Shown one piece after another: positions 26,028-36,399 of a DNA stretch of 64,000 nt. Each line of letters opens with the position of its first letter. Positions within the stretch are counted from its first letter, which is position 1. Position numbers and translations under genes: made by a program. The DNA comes from Aquincola sp. (lineage in GTDB: Bacteria > Pseudomonadota > Gammaproteobacteria > Burkholderiales > Burkholderiaceae_C): positions 41,178-105,177 of the forward strand of contig JALHQP010000005.1 in assembly GCA_022841885.1 (NCBI GenBank), given 5' to 3'. Below the pieces are notes generated by a model. That model was not told the DNA's origin and searched no databases. It saw only the letters and a program-made list of their open reading frames with translations.

Positions 26028-27179
26028 ATGAAGCGGCCGCCCTTCGAGACCATCGCCCTGGTGCTGCAGGGCGGCGGTGCGCTTGGGGCTTATCAGGCCG
26101 GCGTGTTCGAGGGGCTGGCCGAGGCGAAGATCGAACCCGACTGGGTGGCCGGCATCTCGATCGGTGCCATCAACGCGGCGCTGATCGCGGGCAACGAGCC
26201 GGCGCGGCGGTTGGAGCGGTTGCAGGCGTTCTGGCGCACCGTGACCGCACCGCCTTTGCTGCCGGCCACCGCTGCCTGGTGGGCCGGCGCGATCGAGCAG
26301 GGCGGTGCGGCGGCGCGCACGGCGCTCGGCTGGTTCGAGGCGTCGCGCGCGCTGGTCGAAGGGCAACGCGGTTTCTTCGCGCCGCGCCTGCCGTCGCCGG
26401 CGTTCGCCGTGCAGGCGTCGGTGGACACGCTGTCCTTCTACGACACGGCGCCGCTGAAGGGCACGCTCGAGAGCCTGGTCGACTTCGACCGCCTCAATCA
26501 CGCGCGCAGTCCGCGCTTCACGGTCTCGGCGGTCGACGTCGAGAGCGGCAACTACGAGCTCTTCGACAGCCGGCGCGGGCGCTGGGCCGGGCGCATCCGC
26601 CCCGAGCATGTGATGGCCTCGGGGGCGCTGCCGCCGGGCTTTGCGGCGGTGGAGATCGAAGGGCGCCACTACTGGGACGGCGGCCTGGTCTCCAACACGC
26701 CGCTGGCCACCGTGCTCGACGACGAGCCGCGGCGCGACACGCTGGCCTTCCAGGTCGACCTGTGGAGCGCGCAAGGCCCGGCACCGCGCAACCTGCTGGA
26801 CGTGGAGGAGCGCGCCAAGGACATCCGCTACTCGAGCCGCACGCGGGCGGTGACGCACCAGTTCGAGCGCGAGCAGCGGCTGCGGCGCGTGCTGCGCGAG
26901 GTGCTCGCGCGTGTGCCGGCCTCGGCGCGCCACGACGCGTGGTGCCGGGAGGCGCAATCGCTGGCCAGCGACAAGCGCTTTTCCGTCGTGCACCTGATCT
27001 ACCGCGAAAAGCCCTGGGACGGGCACCACAAGGACTACGAGTTCTCGGCGGCGTCGATGCACGACCATTGGGCCAGCGGCCTGGCCGACATCCGGCGCAC
27101 GCTGGCAAACCCGGACTGCCTTGCGCCGCCGGCTGCGGGCCGGAGCTCGGTTACCTACGACGTGCACCGCCAGGGCTGA
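26028..27179 (+). CDS. Patatin-like phospholipase with DUF3734-type C-terminus
   Basis: ATG 5 nt after the permease stop. Oxyanion motif GGGALGAYQAG, nucleophile GISIG, catalytic Asp in YWDGGLVSNTP. Confidence 0.85.
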   Translation: MKRPPFETIALVLQGGGALGAYQAGVFEGLAEAKIEPDWVAGISIGAINAALIAGNEPARRLERLQAFWRTVTAPPLLPATAAWWAGAIEQGGAAARTALGWFEASRALVEGQRGFFAPRLPSPAFAVQASVDTLSFYDTAPLKGTLESLVDFDRLNHARSPRFTVSAVDVESGNYELFDSRRGRWAGRIRPEHVMASGALPPGFAAVEIEGRHYWDGGLVSNTPLATVLDDEPRRDTLAFQVDLWSAQGPAPRNLLDVEERAKDIRYSSRTRAVTHQFEREQRLRRVLREVLARVPASARHDAWCREAQSLASDKRFSVVHLIYREKPWDGHHKDYEFSAASMHDHWASGLADIRRTLANPDCLAPPAAGRSSVTYDVHRQG

Positions 27180-27209
27180 CAGAATCCGACCGAGTCGAAG
27201 GAGCGATAC

Positions 27210-27809
27210 ATGACCCACCGTTTGGCCAACCCCGATGACCAGCCCGCCGCCAAGCCCGAACGCAACGGCAGCCTGGCCGAGCAGCTCGCGTTCAAGTCGC
27301 GCTTTGTGATGGTGTTCGGCGAGATCGACGACAAGATGGCGCGCACGACCTGCGAGCGGCTGATCGCACTGGCTCAGGAGTCCGACGCCCCGGTCCACAT
27401 GTTGATCTCTTCGCCGGGTGGCCATGTCGAGTCGGGCGACGCGATCCACGACATGATCCGCTTCGTGCGCGCGCCGGTCACGACGATCGGCAGCGGCTGG
27501 GTCGCGAGCGCCGGCACGCACATCTTCCTGGCCGCGCCGAAGGAACGGCGCCTGTGCCTGCCCAACACGCGCTTCATGATCCACCAGCCCTCGGGCGGTG
27601 CCGGCGGGCGGGCGTCGGACATCGCGATCCAGGCCAAGGAGATCATCAAGATGCGCGAGCGCATCGCCAAGGTGATCGCCAAGGAAACGGGCCAGAAGCT
27701 CGAGCGCGTGCTGGCCGACATCGACCGCGACCACTGGATGAGCGCGACCGAGGCGATCGACTACGGGCTCGTGTCGCGCGTCATCGAGCGCCAGACCGAA
27801 CTCGGCTGA
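27210..27809 (+). CDS. ClpP-family serine protease paralog with divergent N-terminus
   Basis: AAGGAG upstream. ClpP fold with Ser in GWVASAG, His in MIHQP and Asp in DIDRDHWMSA. The N-terminal 30 aa are unlike the canonical ClpP axial loop. Confidence 0.8.
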   Translation: MTHRLANPDDQPAAKPERNGSLAEQLAFKSRFVMVFGEIDDKMARTTCERLIALAQESDAPVHMLISSPGGHVESGDAIHDMIRFVRAPVTTIGSGWVASAGTHIFLAAPKERRLCLPNTRFMIHQPSGGAGGRASDIAIQAKEIIKMRERIAKVIAKETGQKLERVLADIDRDHWMSATEAIDYGLVSRVIERQTELG

Positions 27810-27811
27810 CC

Positions 27812-27885
27812 ATCCCCGTCGGACTGCCCCAAGGGAACGTCGGCCCCCTCGGGGGGTGCGAGCGTCAGCGAGCCTGGGGGCTCGT
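27812..27885. repeat. Short GC-rich REP-like palindrome, family 2, copy B
   Basis: GGCCCCCTCGGGGGG at 27842-27856, plus CCCCAAGGGAACG. The reverse complement aligns with copy C (GCCCCC..GCTC..TCGC.CCCCCCGA.GGG...CCCTT.GGGC). Confidence 0.5.
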
Positions 27886-29838
27886 CTAGCGCTGCAGCGC
27901 CTCGGGCAGGGGCAGTTGCAGCGCGGCGCACGCCATCTGCAGCGCGTCGGCCGTCTGCCCGCGGTCGAGGATCCCTGTGGCCTGGGCCGCCTCGACCCAG
28001 GCGCGCAGCAGCAGCGGCCGCTGCATCGGCGACAGCCGGCGCACGCGCAGCGCGCGCAGGACCGTGCGCTCGTTCACCGTGGGCGCCAGCCCTGCCGCAG
28101 GCCCGCGCGGCGGCGGCAGGTCCAGCGCCTGCAGGCCGGCCAGTGCGTGCGCGAGCCAGGTGCGCTCCTCCTCGGCCGCCAAGCCGAAGCAGCGCACGAT
28201 CTGGCGCGTGGCCGCATGAACCGCGGCGGCGTGTGAAACCAGGGTGCCGCGCGCCGGCCCAGCGTGTGGCACGCCCAGGCCATGGCGGATCGCCAGCGCG
28301 CGCCAGGTCCGCGGCGGCGCGTGGCGCGATGGGCCTTCCATCTCGCGCCAGCGTTTGGCCCAGGCGCGCCACAGGCGCCGCCGCGTGGCCGGCGGTGCGG
28401 CGGCGCCTCGCTCGAGCAATTGGTCGAAGACACGCCGGCGCTGCCGCGTCCCGAGTGCGTCGATCTCGGCCTTGACCGCCGCGCCGACGCTGAGGTCGGC
28501 GATGGCGGCCTCCCAGGCGCGCCAGCGGCCCGCCACGCCGGCTGACGTGTCGCCGGCAATGAACAGCGCCAGCATGCCGGCCTGCCACTCGCCGGGGCCA
28601 TGCCAGCGTGCGATGCGCTCCAGCGCCTCGCGCTCGCGCGCCCCCGCGTCGTGGAAGGCCGGCACCTGCATCGCGTCGTGGCGATGCGCTTCGGGGTCCT
28701 CGGGCTTCTCGCGCGGCGCGGCGCGGTGGTCGGCCTCCAGGCCGCCCGCGTCGCCGCTTTGCACCCGGGCCATGCGCGACAGCGGCAGGGCCGGGGCCTC
28801 GTCGGGCTCGGCCGCGTCGAGCGGCACCACGTCGGCGGCCAGCAACAGTTCGTCGTCGGGCAGGGCATGGCCGTACAGGCGCGTCAGCCGTTCGGACAGC
28901 GTCGGGTGGGTGGCCAGCCAGTGGCGCCAGCTGCGGGCGGGCTGCGCGTCGCCGGACAGCAGCAGGTGGGCCAGGCTGGCCGCATGCGCGCTGGCCAGGC
29001 CCCGGATACGGCGGGCCTGCTGGTCGGCGATCTTGCACAGTGCGCCGCCCAGGCCGTCGACATGGCGCGAGTACTTGACGGCCGAGGCGTCGGCGAGGAA
29101 CTCGCGTTGCCGGCTCACGGCGGCCTGCAGCAGCCGGCCGGCGAGCCAGCCGAGCGAGCCGACCGCCATCAGGCCGAGGCCGAACAGCGCGCCGGCGTGG
29201 CGCCGGCCCTGCTCGTCGGCACTCCACAGCGACACGCCCAGGCCCCAGATCATCTGCAGGCCCCAGACCAGGCCGACGAGACGCATGTTCAGCCGCGTGT
29301 CGCCATGCACGATGTGGCTGAACTCGTGCGCCACCACGCCCTGCAGTTCGGCGCGCGTCAGGCGTTCGAGCGCGCCGCGCGTGACGGCCACGACCGAGTC
29401 TTCTGCCGTCCAGCCTGCGGCAAAGGCGTTGATCGCGTCGTCGCGCGGCAGCACCCAGGCCTGCGGCGGCGGGCGTTGCCCACTGGCCAGCGCCATCTCC
29501 TGCACCACGTTGGCAAAGCGGCGCTCACGGCGCGAGGCCTCGTCGTGGCCGCCGGTATGCACCGGGCGCGCCCCGGCCAGTTCGGCCACATGCGGCCCGC
29601 CCCGGTGCAGGCGCATCGACTCGACCCAACAGCCGCCGAGCACGAACAGCAGCACCAGCCCGCTGTTGGTCTCGATGAAGAAGTTCGGCAGCCCGCGGGC
29701 GAACGGCACCGTGAGCCAGTAGATCGCCGCCAGCACCAGGTTGACGGCCAGCACCAGGCCGATCACGACCAGCACGAACAGGACCAGCAGGTGAGTTGTC
29801 GACTGCCGGGCGGCTTCCTGGTGGCGGCGGAATTTCAT
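27886..29838 (-). CDS. M48-family (HtpX-like) zinc metallopeptidase with long C-terminal extension
   Basis: 650 aa. Two N-terminal TM segments, HExxH as HEFSHIVHGD, further TM segments, then about 350 aa of Ala/Arg-rich sequence with no family I recognise. 18 nt downstream of lemA. Confidence 0.8.
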   Translation of the reverse strand: MKFRRHQEAARQSTTHLLVLFVLVVIGLVLAVNLVLAAIYWLTVPFARGLPNFFIETNSGLVLLFVLGGCWVESMRLHRGGPHVAELAGARPVHTGGHDEASRRERRFANVVQEMALASGQRPPPQAWVLPRDDAINAFAAGWTAEDSVVAVTRGALERLTRAELQGVVAHEFSHIVHGDTRLNMRLVGLVWGLQMIWGLGVSLWSADEQGRRHAGALFGLGLMAVGSLGWLAGRLLQAAVSRQREFLADASAVKYSRHVDGLGGALCKIADQQARRIRGLASAHAASLAHLLLSGDAQPARSWRHWLATHPTLSERLTRLYGHALPDDELLLAADVVPLDAAEPDEAPALPLSRMARVQSGDAGGLEADHRAAPREKPEDPEAHRHDAMQVPAFHDAGAREREALERIARWHGPGEWQAGMLALFIAGDTSAGVAGRWRAWEAAIADLSVGAAVKAEIDALGTRQRRRVFDQLLERGAAAPPATRRRLWRAWAKRWREMEGPSRHAPPRTWRALAIRHGLGVPHAGPARGTLVSHAAAVHAATRQIVRCFGLAAEEERTWLAHALAGLQALDLPPPRGPAAGLAPTVNERTVLRALRVRRLSPMQRPLLLRAWVEAAQATGILDRGQTADALQMACAALQLPLPEALQR

Positions 29839-29856
29839 GCCGCGGGGCGGGGGAAA

Positions 29857-30450
29857 CTAGAGCGCGACGCGCGGCACCTGGCGTTCGACCTCGCTCTGGG
29901 TGGACTGCAGCATCGCGGCCTCCTTGAAGCCGAACAGGTCGGCCACCAGCACCGTCGGGGCCTGCTGGGCCGCGTTGTTGTAGTCGAGCACCGCGTCATT
30001 GAAGGCCTGGCGCGCGAAGGCGATCCGGTTCTCGGTGTGGTTCAGCTCTTCGGACAGGTCGCGCAGCGTGGCGTCGGCCTTCAGCTCCGGGTAGGCCTCG
30101 ACCACCACGGCCAGCTTGGTCATCAGGCCGGCCAGGGCGCCCTCGGCGCCGGCCAAGGCGCCGATGCGCGCGGCGTCCGTCGGCTTGAGCGCGGCAGCCT
30201 CGCTGGCACTCTTGGCGCCATTGCGCGCGGCGATCACGGCCTCGAGCGTGTCGCGCTCGTGCTGCACGTACTTGCGCGCCACGTCGACCAGGTTGGGGAT
30301 CAGGTCGTAGCGGCGCTTCAACTGCACATCGATCTGCGCGAAGGCGTTGCCGAGTTCGTTGCGGTGCTTCACCAGCCGGTTGTAGGCGGCCAGGAGCCAC
30401 AGGCCGATCACGGCCAGGGCGACGAGGAACACGATCTGCACGGTACCCAT
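29857..30450 (-). CDS. lemA: LemA family protein
   Basis: 197 aa. N-terminal TM, then the LemA signature (YNRLVKHRNELGNAFAQIDVQLKRRYDLIPNLV, ENRIAFARQAFNDAVLDYN). Confidence 0.9.
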   Translation of the reverse strand: MGTVQIVFLVALAVIGLWLLAAYNRLVKHRNELGNAFAQIDVQLKRRYDLIPNLVDVARKYVQHERDTLEAVIAARNGAKSASEAAALKPTDAARIGALAGAEGALAGLMTKLAVVVEAYPELKADATLRDLSEELNHTENRIAFARQAFNDAVLDYNNAAQQAPTVLVADLFGFKEAAMLQSTQSEVERQVPRVAL

Positions 30451-30502
30451 GGCGAGAACCTCCCGGTCGGGCTGACAGCGCGGGACTGTAGCCCGACCCG
30501 CC

Positions 30503-30508
30503 TAGAAT
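30503..30508 (+). promoter_or_regulatory. TAGAAT -10-like box 9 nt upstream of the bolA ATG
   Basis: CCTAGAATC also occurs at 23922-23930 and 59154-59162. No strong SD lies between the box and the ATG at 30518. Confidence 0.35.
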
Positions 30509-30517
30509 CGGGGCACC

Positions 30518-30790
30518 ATGGCCGACCCCACCGCCGCCGACGTGCGAAATTTCATCGCTGCCGGCCTGCCCTGCACGCACATCGAGGTCGAGGGCGACGG
30601 CCGTCACTTCTTCGCCACCATCGTGGCGGCCGAGTTCGAGGGCCGCTCGCGGGTGCAGCGCCACCAGCGCGTCTATGCGGCACTGGGCGATAGAATGCGC
30701 GCGCAAATCCACGCGCTGTCGATGAAGACGCTCACCCCCGCCGAGTGGCACGCCGCCAACCCGGCCAACGCACCGGTTCATCACCACTGA
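30518..30790 (+). CDS. ibaG: BolA/IbaG family protein
   Basis: 90 aa BolA-like (HIEVEGDGRHFFATIVAAEFEGRSRVQRHQRVYAAL). Sits upstream of murA, as in the E. coli mla-ibaG-murA locus. Confidence 0.85.
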   Translation: MADPTAADVRNFIAAGLPCTHIEVEGDGRHFFATIVAAEFEGRSRVQRHQRVYAALGDRMRAQIHALSMKTLTPAEWHAANPANAPVHHH

Positions 30791-30900
30791 AACGCCCGCG
30801 GCGCAGGCTGCGGGTGGCCGGTCGCGCCTGCAATCAGCCAGCGCCGATCCGACAGCCTCCCGCGGTGAGCGTCGTGTCTGACCAAGACTGACGACCCCAC

Positions 30901-32165
<1,265 letters not shown>

Positions 32166-32166
<1 letters not shown>

Positions 32167-32804
32167 TGCTCACGTTCGCGCTGTCCAAGGGCCGCATCTT
32201 CGACGAGACGCTGCCGCTGCTCGCGCGTGCGGGCATCGACGTGCTCGACGACCCGGAGACCTCGCGCAAGCTGATCTTGGCGACCAACCGGCCGGACCTG
32301 CGTGTGGTGCTGGTGCGCGCCAGCGACGTGCCGACCTACGTGCAGTACGGCGGCGCCGACCTCGGCGTGGCCGGCGCCGACATCCTGATGGAAGCGCCGG
32401 GCGACGGCCTGTACCGGCCGGTGGACCTGAAGATCGCGCGCTGCCGCATGAGCGTGGCCACGCGTGCGGATTTCGACTACGCGAGCGCAGTCAAGCAGGG
32501 CTCGCGCATCCGCGTGGCCACCAAGTACACGCTCACGGCGCGTCAGCATTTCGCCGACAAGGGCGTGCACGTCGACCTGATCAAGCTCTACGGCTCGATG
32601 GAGCTGGCGCCGCTGACCGGGCTGGCCGACGCGATCGTCGACCTGGTGTCGTCGGGCGGCACGTTGAAGGCCAACGGGCTGGTGGAAGTCGAGAAGATCG
32701 CCGAGATCTCGTCGCGTCTGGTCGTCAACCAGGCCGCGCTGAAGTTGAAGCGCGACGCGATGCGGCCGCTGATCGAAGCCCTCGAGAAGGCGGTGCAGGC
32801 ATGA
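32166..32804 (+). CDS. hisG: ATP phosphoribosyltransferase, short form
   Basis: ATG at 32166 shares one base with the murA TGA. 212 aa starting [19 protein letters not shown]. Contains [14 protein letters not shown]. Confidence 0.9.
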
Positions 32805-32880
32805 AGCCCCCGCGCTCACTTCGTTCGCTGCCCCCCGAAGGGACGCGCATCACCCTTCGGGCGGCCGGGCGGGTCCTGCG
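32805..32880. repeat. Short GC-rich REP-like palindrome, family 2, copy C
   Basis: Fills the whole hisG-hisD spacer: GCCCCCGCGCTCACTTCGTTCGCTGCCCCCCGAAGGGACGCGCATCACCCTTCGGGCGGCC. Confidence 0.5.
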
Positions 32881-34677
32881 ATGAGCCTCGCGCGCCGCCT
32901 CGACACGACGAGTGCCGACTTCGAGGCGCAGTTCGAGCGCGTGCGGCACTGGTCGGCCGACACCGACGCCGCGATCGAGCAGCGCGTCGCGGCCATCCTG
33001 GCAGACGTGCGCGCGCGAGGCGACGCCGCGGTGCTGGAGTACACGAAGCGTTTTGACCGCGTCGAAGCCGCCAGCGTGCCAGCGCTCGAACTGTCGCGCG
33101 ACGAGCTGCGTGCCGCCTTCGAGTCGCTGCCCGATCCGCAGCGCCGCGCGCTGGAAACCGCGGCCGAGCGCGTGCGCGACTACCACCAACGCCAGCTCGA
33201 TGCGGCCTGCCGCAGCTGGACCTACCGCGACAGCGACGGCACGCTGCTCGGCCAGAAGGTCACGCCGCTGGACCGCGTGGGCGTCTACGTGCCGGGTGGC
33301 AAGGCGGCTTACCCGTCGTCGGTGCTGATGAACGTGATCCCGGCGCGCGTGGCGGGCGTCGGTGAGGTCGTGATGGTGGTGCCGACGCCCGGGGGCGAGA
33401 AGAACCCCTTGGTGCTCGCGGCGGCGCATGTGGCCGGCGTGCACCGCGCCTTCACCGTCGGCGGCGCGCAGGCGGTGGCGGCGCTCGCTTATGGCACCGC
33501 AACGGTCCCGCGCGTCGACAAGATCACCGGTCCCGGCAACGCCTACGTGGCCAGCGCGAAGAAGCATGTGTTCGGCCAGGTCGGCATCGACATGATCGCG
33601 GGGCCGAGCGAGATCCTCGTACTGGCCGACGGCAGCACGCCGCCGGACTGGGTGGCGATGGACCTGTTCAGCCAGGCCGAGCACGACGAACTGGCGCAGA
33701 GCATTCTGCTGTGCCCCGATGCAGCCTACCTCGATGCCGTCGAGCGCGAGATTCATCGCCTGCTGCCGACGCTGCCGCGCGCCGCCATCGTGCGCGCCTC
33801 GCTCGAAGGCCGCGGTGCGCTGATCCGCACGCGCTCGATGGAAGAGGCTTGCGCGATCAGCAATCGCATCGCACCCGAGCACCTGGAGGTGTCGAGCGCG
33901 GACCCGCACCGCTGGGAGCCGCTGCTCAGGCATGCCGGCGCGATCTTCCTCGGCCGCTTCACGAGCGAAAGCCTGGGCGACTACTGCGCCGGGCCGAACC
34001 ATGTGCTGCCGACTTCGGGCACGGCGCGCTTCTCGTCGCCGTTGGGCGTGTACGACTTCGTGAAGCGCACGAGCCTGATCGAGGTCAGCGCGAAGGGTGC
34101 GCAATCGCTCGGCGAGGTGGCTTCGGTGCTGGCGCATGGTGAGGGCCTGCAGGCGCATGCGCGTGCGGCCGAGATGCGGCTCGGCCTCGCACCGGCCGCT
34201 GAGGCGCCCACGGTCGCACCGCTGTTCGAGGTGCGTCCCGTGACGAGCGACGACGTGTTGCCGCTGGCCAAGCTCAAGGTGGCCGCCGAGCAGGAGAGCT
34301 ATGTCGCGTCGAACGCGGTGTCGCTCGCGCAGGCTGCCTACAAGCCCCCGGGCCGTCCCTTCGGCCTGTACGCCGACGGCCAGCCGGTCGGCTTCCTGCT
34401 GCTGTGGGACGGGCGCCGCGACCCGGAAGACCCAGCCGACCAGCTCTACGTCTGGCGCTTGATGATCGACGTGCGTTACCAAGGCCAGGGCCATGGCCAG
34501 GCGGCGATTCGCTGGACGATCGACGAGGCGCGCCGCATGGGTGTGGCCAGCGTCGGCCTGTCGCATGTACAGGGCAACCCGGTGGGTGCGTTCTACGAGA
34601 AGCTGGGCTTTCGCTACACCGGCAAGGTCAACGAAGGCGAACTGGAAATGATCTGTCCGCTGAACGACTTGAGATGA
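32881..34677 (+). CDS. hisD: Histidinol dehydrogenase fused in frame to a C-terminal GNAT acetyltransferase domain
   Basis: 598 aa continuous ORF. HisD body runs to about aa 435 (...[17 protein letters not shown]). A 12-aa Ala/Pro linker follows, then about 150 aa with GNAT features, including the acetyl-CoA motif [12 protein letters not shown] and AFYEKLGF. Confidence 0.9.
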   Translation: MSLARRLDTTSADFEAQFERVRHWSADTDAAIEQRVAAILADVRARGDAAVLEYTKRFDRVEAASVPALELSRDELRAAFESLPDPQRRALETAAERVRDYHQRQLDAACRSWTYRDSDGTLLGQKVTPLDRVGVYVPGGKAAYPSSVLMNVIPARVAGVGEVVMVVPTPGGEKNPLVLAAAHVAGVHRAFTVGGAQAVAALAYGTATVPRVDKITGPGNAYVASAKKHVFGQVGIDMIAGPSEILVLADGSTPPDWVAMDLFSQAEHDELAQSILLCPDAAYLDAVEREIHRLLPTLPRAAIVRASLEGRGALIRTRSMEEACAISNRIAPEHLEVSSADPHRWEPLLRHAGAIFLGRFTSESLGDYCAGPNHVLPTSGTARFSSPLGVYDFVKRTSLIEVSAKGAQSLGEVASVLAHGEGLQAHARAAEMRLGLAPAAEAPTVAPLFEVRPVTSDDVLPLAKLKVAAEQESYVASNAVSLAQAAYKPPGRPFGLYADGQPVGFLLLWDGRRDPEDPADQLYVWRLMIDVRYQGQGHGQAAIRWTIDEARRMGVASVGLSHVQGNPVGAFYEKLGFRYTGKVNEGELEMICPLNDLR

Positions 34678-35762
34678 CGACGCCGACCCTCGATCAACGC
34701 ATCGCCCGCACGATCCGCCAGGACGTGCAGTCGACCGCTGGTTATGCCATCCAGCCCAGCGCGGGCATGGTCAAGCTCGACGCAATGGAGAACCCGTTTG
34801 CGCTGCCGCCCGCGCTGCAACGCGCGTTGGGCGAGCGCCTCTCGCGAGTGGCGATCAACCGCTACCCGCTCGGCAAGGGCGAGCTGGCGTCGGCGCTGGC
34901 GCAGCACTTCGAGGTGCCTTCGGGCTGCAAGGTGATCGTCGGCAACGGCTCGGACGAGCTGATCGACTTGTTGTCCGTCGCCTGCAATGTGCCGGGAGCG
35001 ACGGTGTTGGCCCCGCTGCCGGGTTTCGTGCTGTACGAGATGTCGGCGCGACTGCGCGGCCTGAACTTCGTCGGCGTGCCGCTGACCGCGAGCTTCGAGC
35101 TCGACGAGGCGGCGCTGCTGGCCGCCATCGAGCGTCACCGGCCGGCGCTGACCTACATCGCCTACCCGAACAACCCGACCGGCAACCTGTTCGACGAGCG
35201 CAGTGTCGAGAAGGTCGTCGCCGCGGTCGGCGCGCAGGAAGGCCTGGTGGTGTTCGACGAGGCCTACCAGCCGTTCTCGTCGCGCACCTGGATGCAACGC
35301 ATGGCCGCGCACCCGCATGTGCTGGTGATGCGCACGCTGTCCAAGTTCGGGCTGGCCGGCGTGCGCCTGGGCTACCTGGCGGGCGCGGCGGCACTGATCG
35401 AGCAGGTGGACAAGGTGAGCCCGCCCTACAACGTCAGTTCGCTCAACGCCGAGGCGGCGCTGTTTGCGCTCGAGCACGCCGAGGTGTTCGCCGAACAGGC
35501 GTCGATCCTGCGCGCCGAGCGTGCGCGCCTGCTGCGCGAGCTGGCCGACGTGCACGGCGTGACCGTGTTCCCGAGCGAGGCCAACATGGTGCTGGTGCGT
35601 GTGCCGGATTCGAAGCGCGCCTTCGACGGCATGAAGGCGCGCCGCGTGCTGGTCAAGCACATCGCCGGGCTGCACCCGCTGCTGGCCAACTGCCTGCGCC
35701 TGACGGTGGGCACACCGCAAGAGAACACCCTGATGATCCAAGCCCTGAAAGAGAGCCTCTAG
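34674..35762 (+). CDS. hisC: Histidinol-phosphate aminotransferase
   Basis: ATG at 34674 overlaps the hisD stop (ATGA). PLP-lysine region [21 protein letters not shown] motif. Confidence 0.9.
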   Translation: MTTPTLDQRIARTIRQDVQSTAGYAIQPSAGMVKLDAMENPFALPPALQRALGERLSRVAINRYPLGKGELASALAQHFEVPSGCKVIVGNGSDELIDLLSVACNVPGATVLAPLPGFVLYEMSARLRGLNFVGVPLTASFELDEAALLAAIERHRPALTYIAYPNNPTGNLFDERSVEKVVAAVGAQEGLVVFDEAYQPFSSRTWMQRMAAHPHVLVMRTLSKFGLAGVRLGYLAGAAALIEQVDKVSPPYNVSSLNAEAALFALEHAEVFAEQASILRAERARLLRELADVHGVTVFPSEANMVLVRVPDSKRAFDGMKARRVLVKHIAGLHPLLANCLRLTVGTPQENTLMIQALKESL

Positions 35763-36353
35763 ATGAGCCGCGTCGCCGAAGTCCAGCGCAACACCAAGGA
35801 GACGCAGATCCGCGTGCGCGTCGACCTCGACGGCAGCGGCGTGGCCCAGCTCGCCACCGGCATCGGCTTCTTCGACCACATGCTCGACCAGATCGCGCGC
35901 CACGGGCTGATCGACCTGCAGGTCGAGGCCAAGGGCGACCTGCACATCGACGGTCACCACACGGTGGAGGACGTGGGCATCACGCTCGGCCAGGCCGTCG
36001 CCAAGGCCGTGGGCGACAAGGCCGGCCTGACCCGCTACGGCCATGCCTACGTGCCGCTGGATGAGGCGCTGTCGCGCGTGGTGGTCGACTTCTCGGGCCG
36101 CCCCGGGCTGCACATGCGCGTGCCGTTCAAGGCCGGCATGGTGGGCGGTTTCGACACCCAGCTCGCCTACGAGTTCTTCCAGGGTTTCTCGAACCATGCG
36201 GGCGTGACGCTGCACATCGACAACCTGTTCGGCGACAACGCCCATCATCAGTGCGAGACGGTATTCAAGGCCTTTGCGCGTGCGCTGCGCATGGCGCTGA
36301 CCTTGGATCCCCGTAGCGCCGGCGTGGTGCCTTCGACCAAAGGGTCGCTCTGA
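35763..36353 (+). CDS. hisB: Imidazoleglycerol-phosphate dehydratase
   Basis: ATG directly after the hisC TAG. 196 aa. Motifs [16 protein letters not shown] and [11 protein letters not shown]. Confidence 0.95.
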   Translation: MSRVAEVQRNTKETQIRVRVDLDGSGVAQLATGIGFFDHMLDQIARHGLIDLQVEAKGDLHIDGHHTVEDVGITLGQAVAKAVGDKAGLTRYGHAYVPLDEALSRVVVDFSGRPGLHMRVPFKAGMVGGFDTQLAYEFFQGFSNHAGVTLHIDNLFGDNAHHQCETVFKAFARALRMALTLDPRSAGVVPSTKGSL

Positions 36354-36399
36354 AGTGACTCTGGTGTTCGCGCTTTCAGGCGGGGCGGTGCCGCCGCGA

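Noticed and set aside
26028-27179. Patatin-like gene as a CBASS-type effector.
   Set aside because: No cyclase/nucleotidyltransferase, SAVED/STING or ubiquitin-like accessory genes are nearby. The C-terminus looks like the common DUF3734 housekeeping-type patatin.
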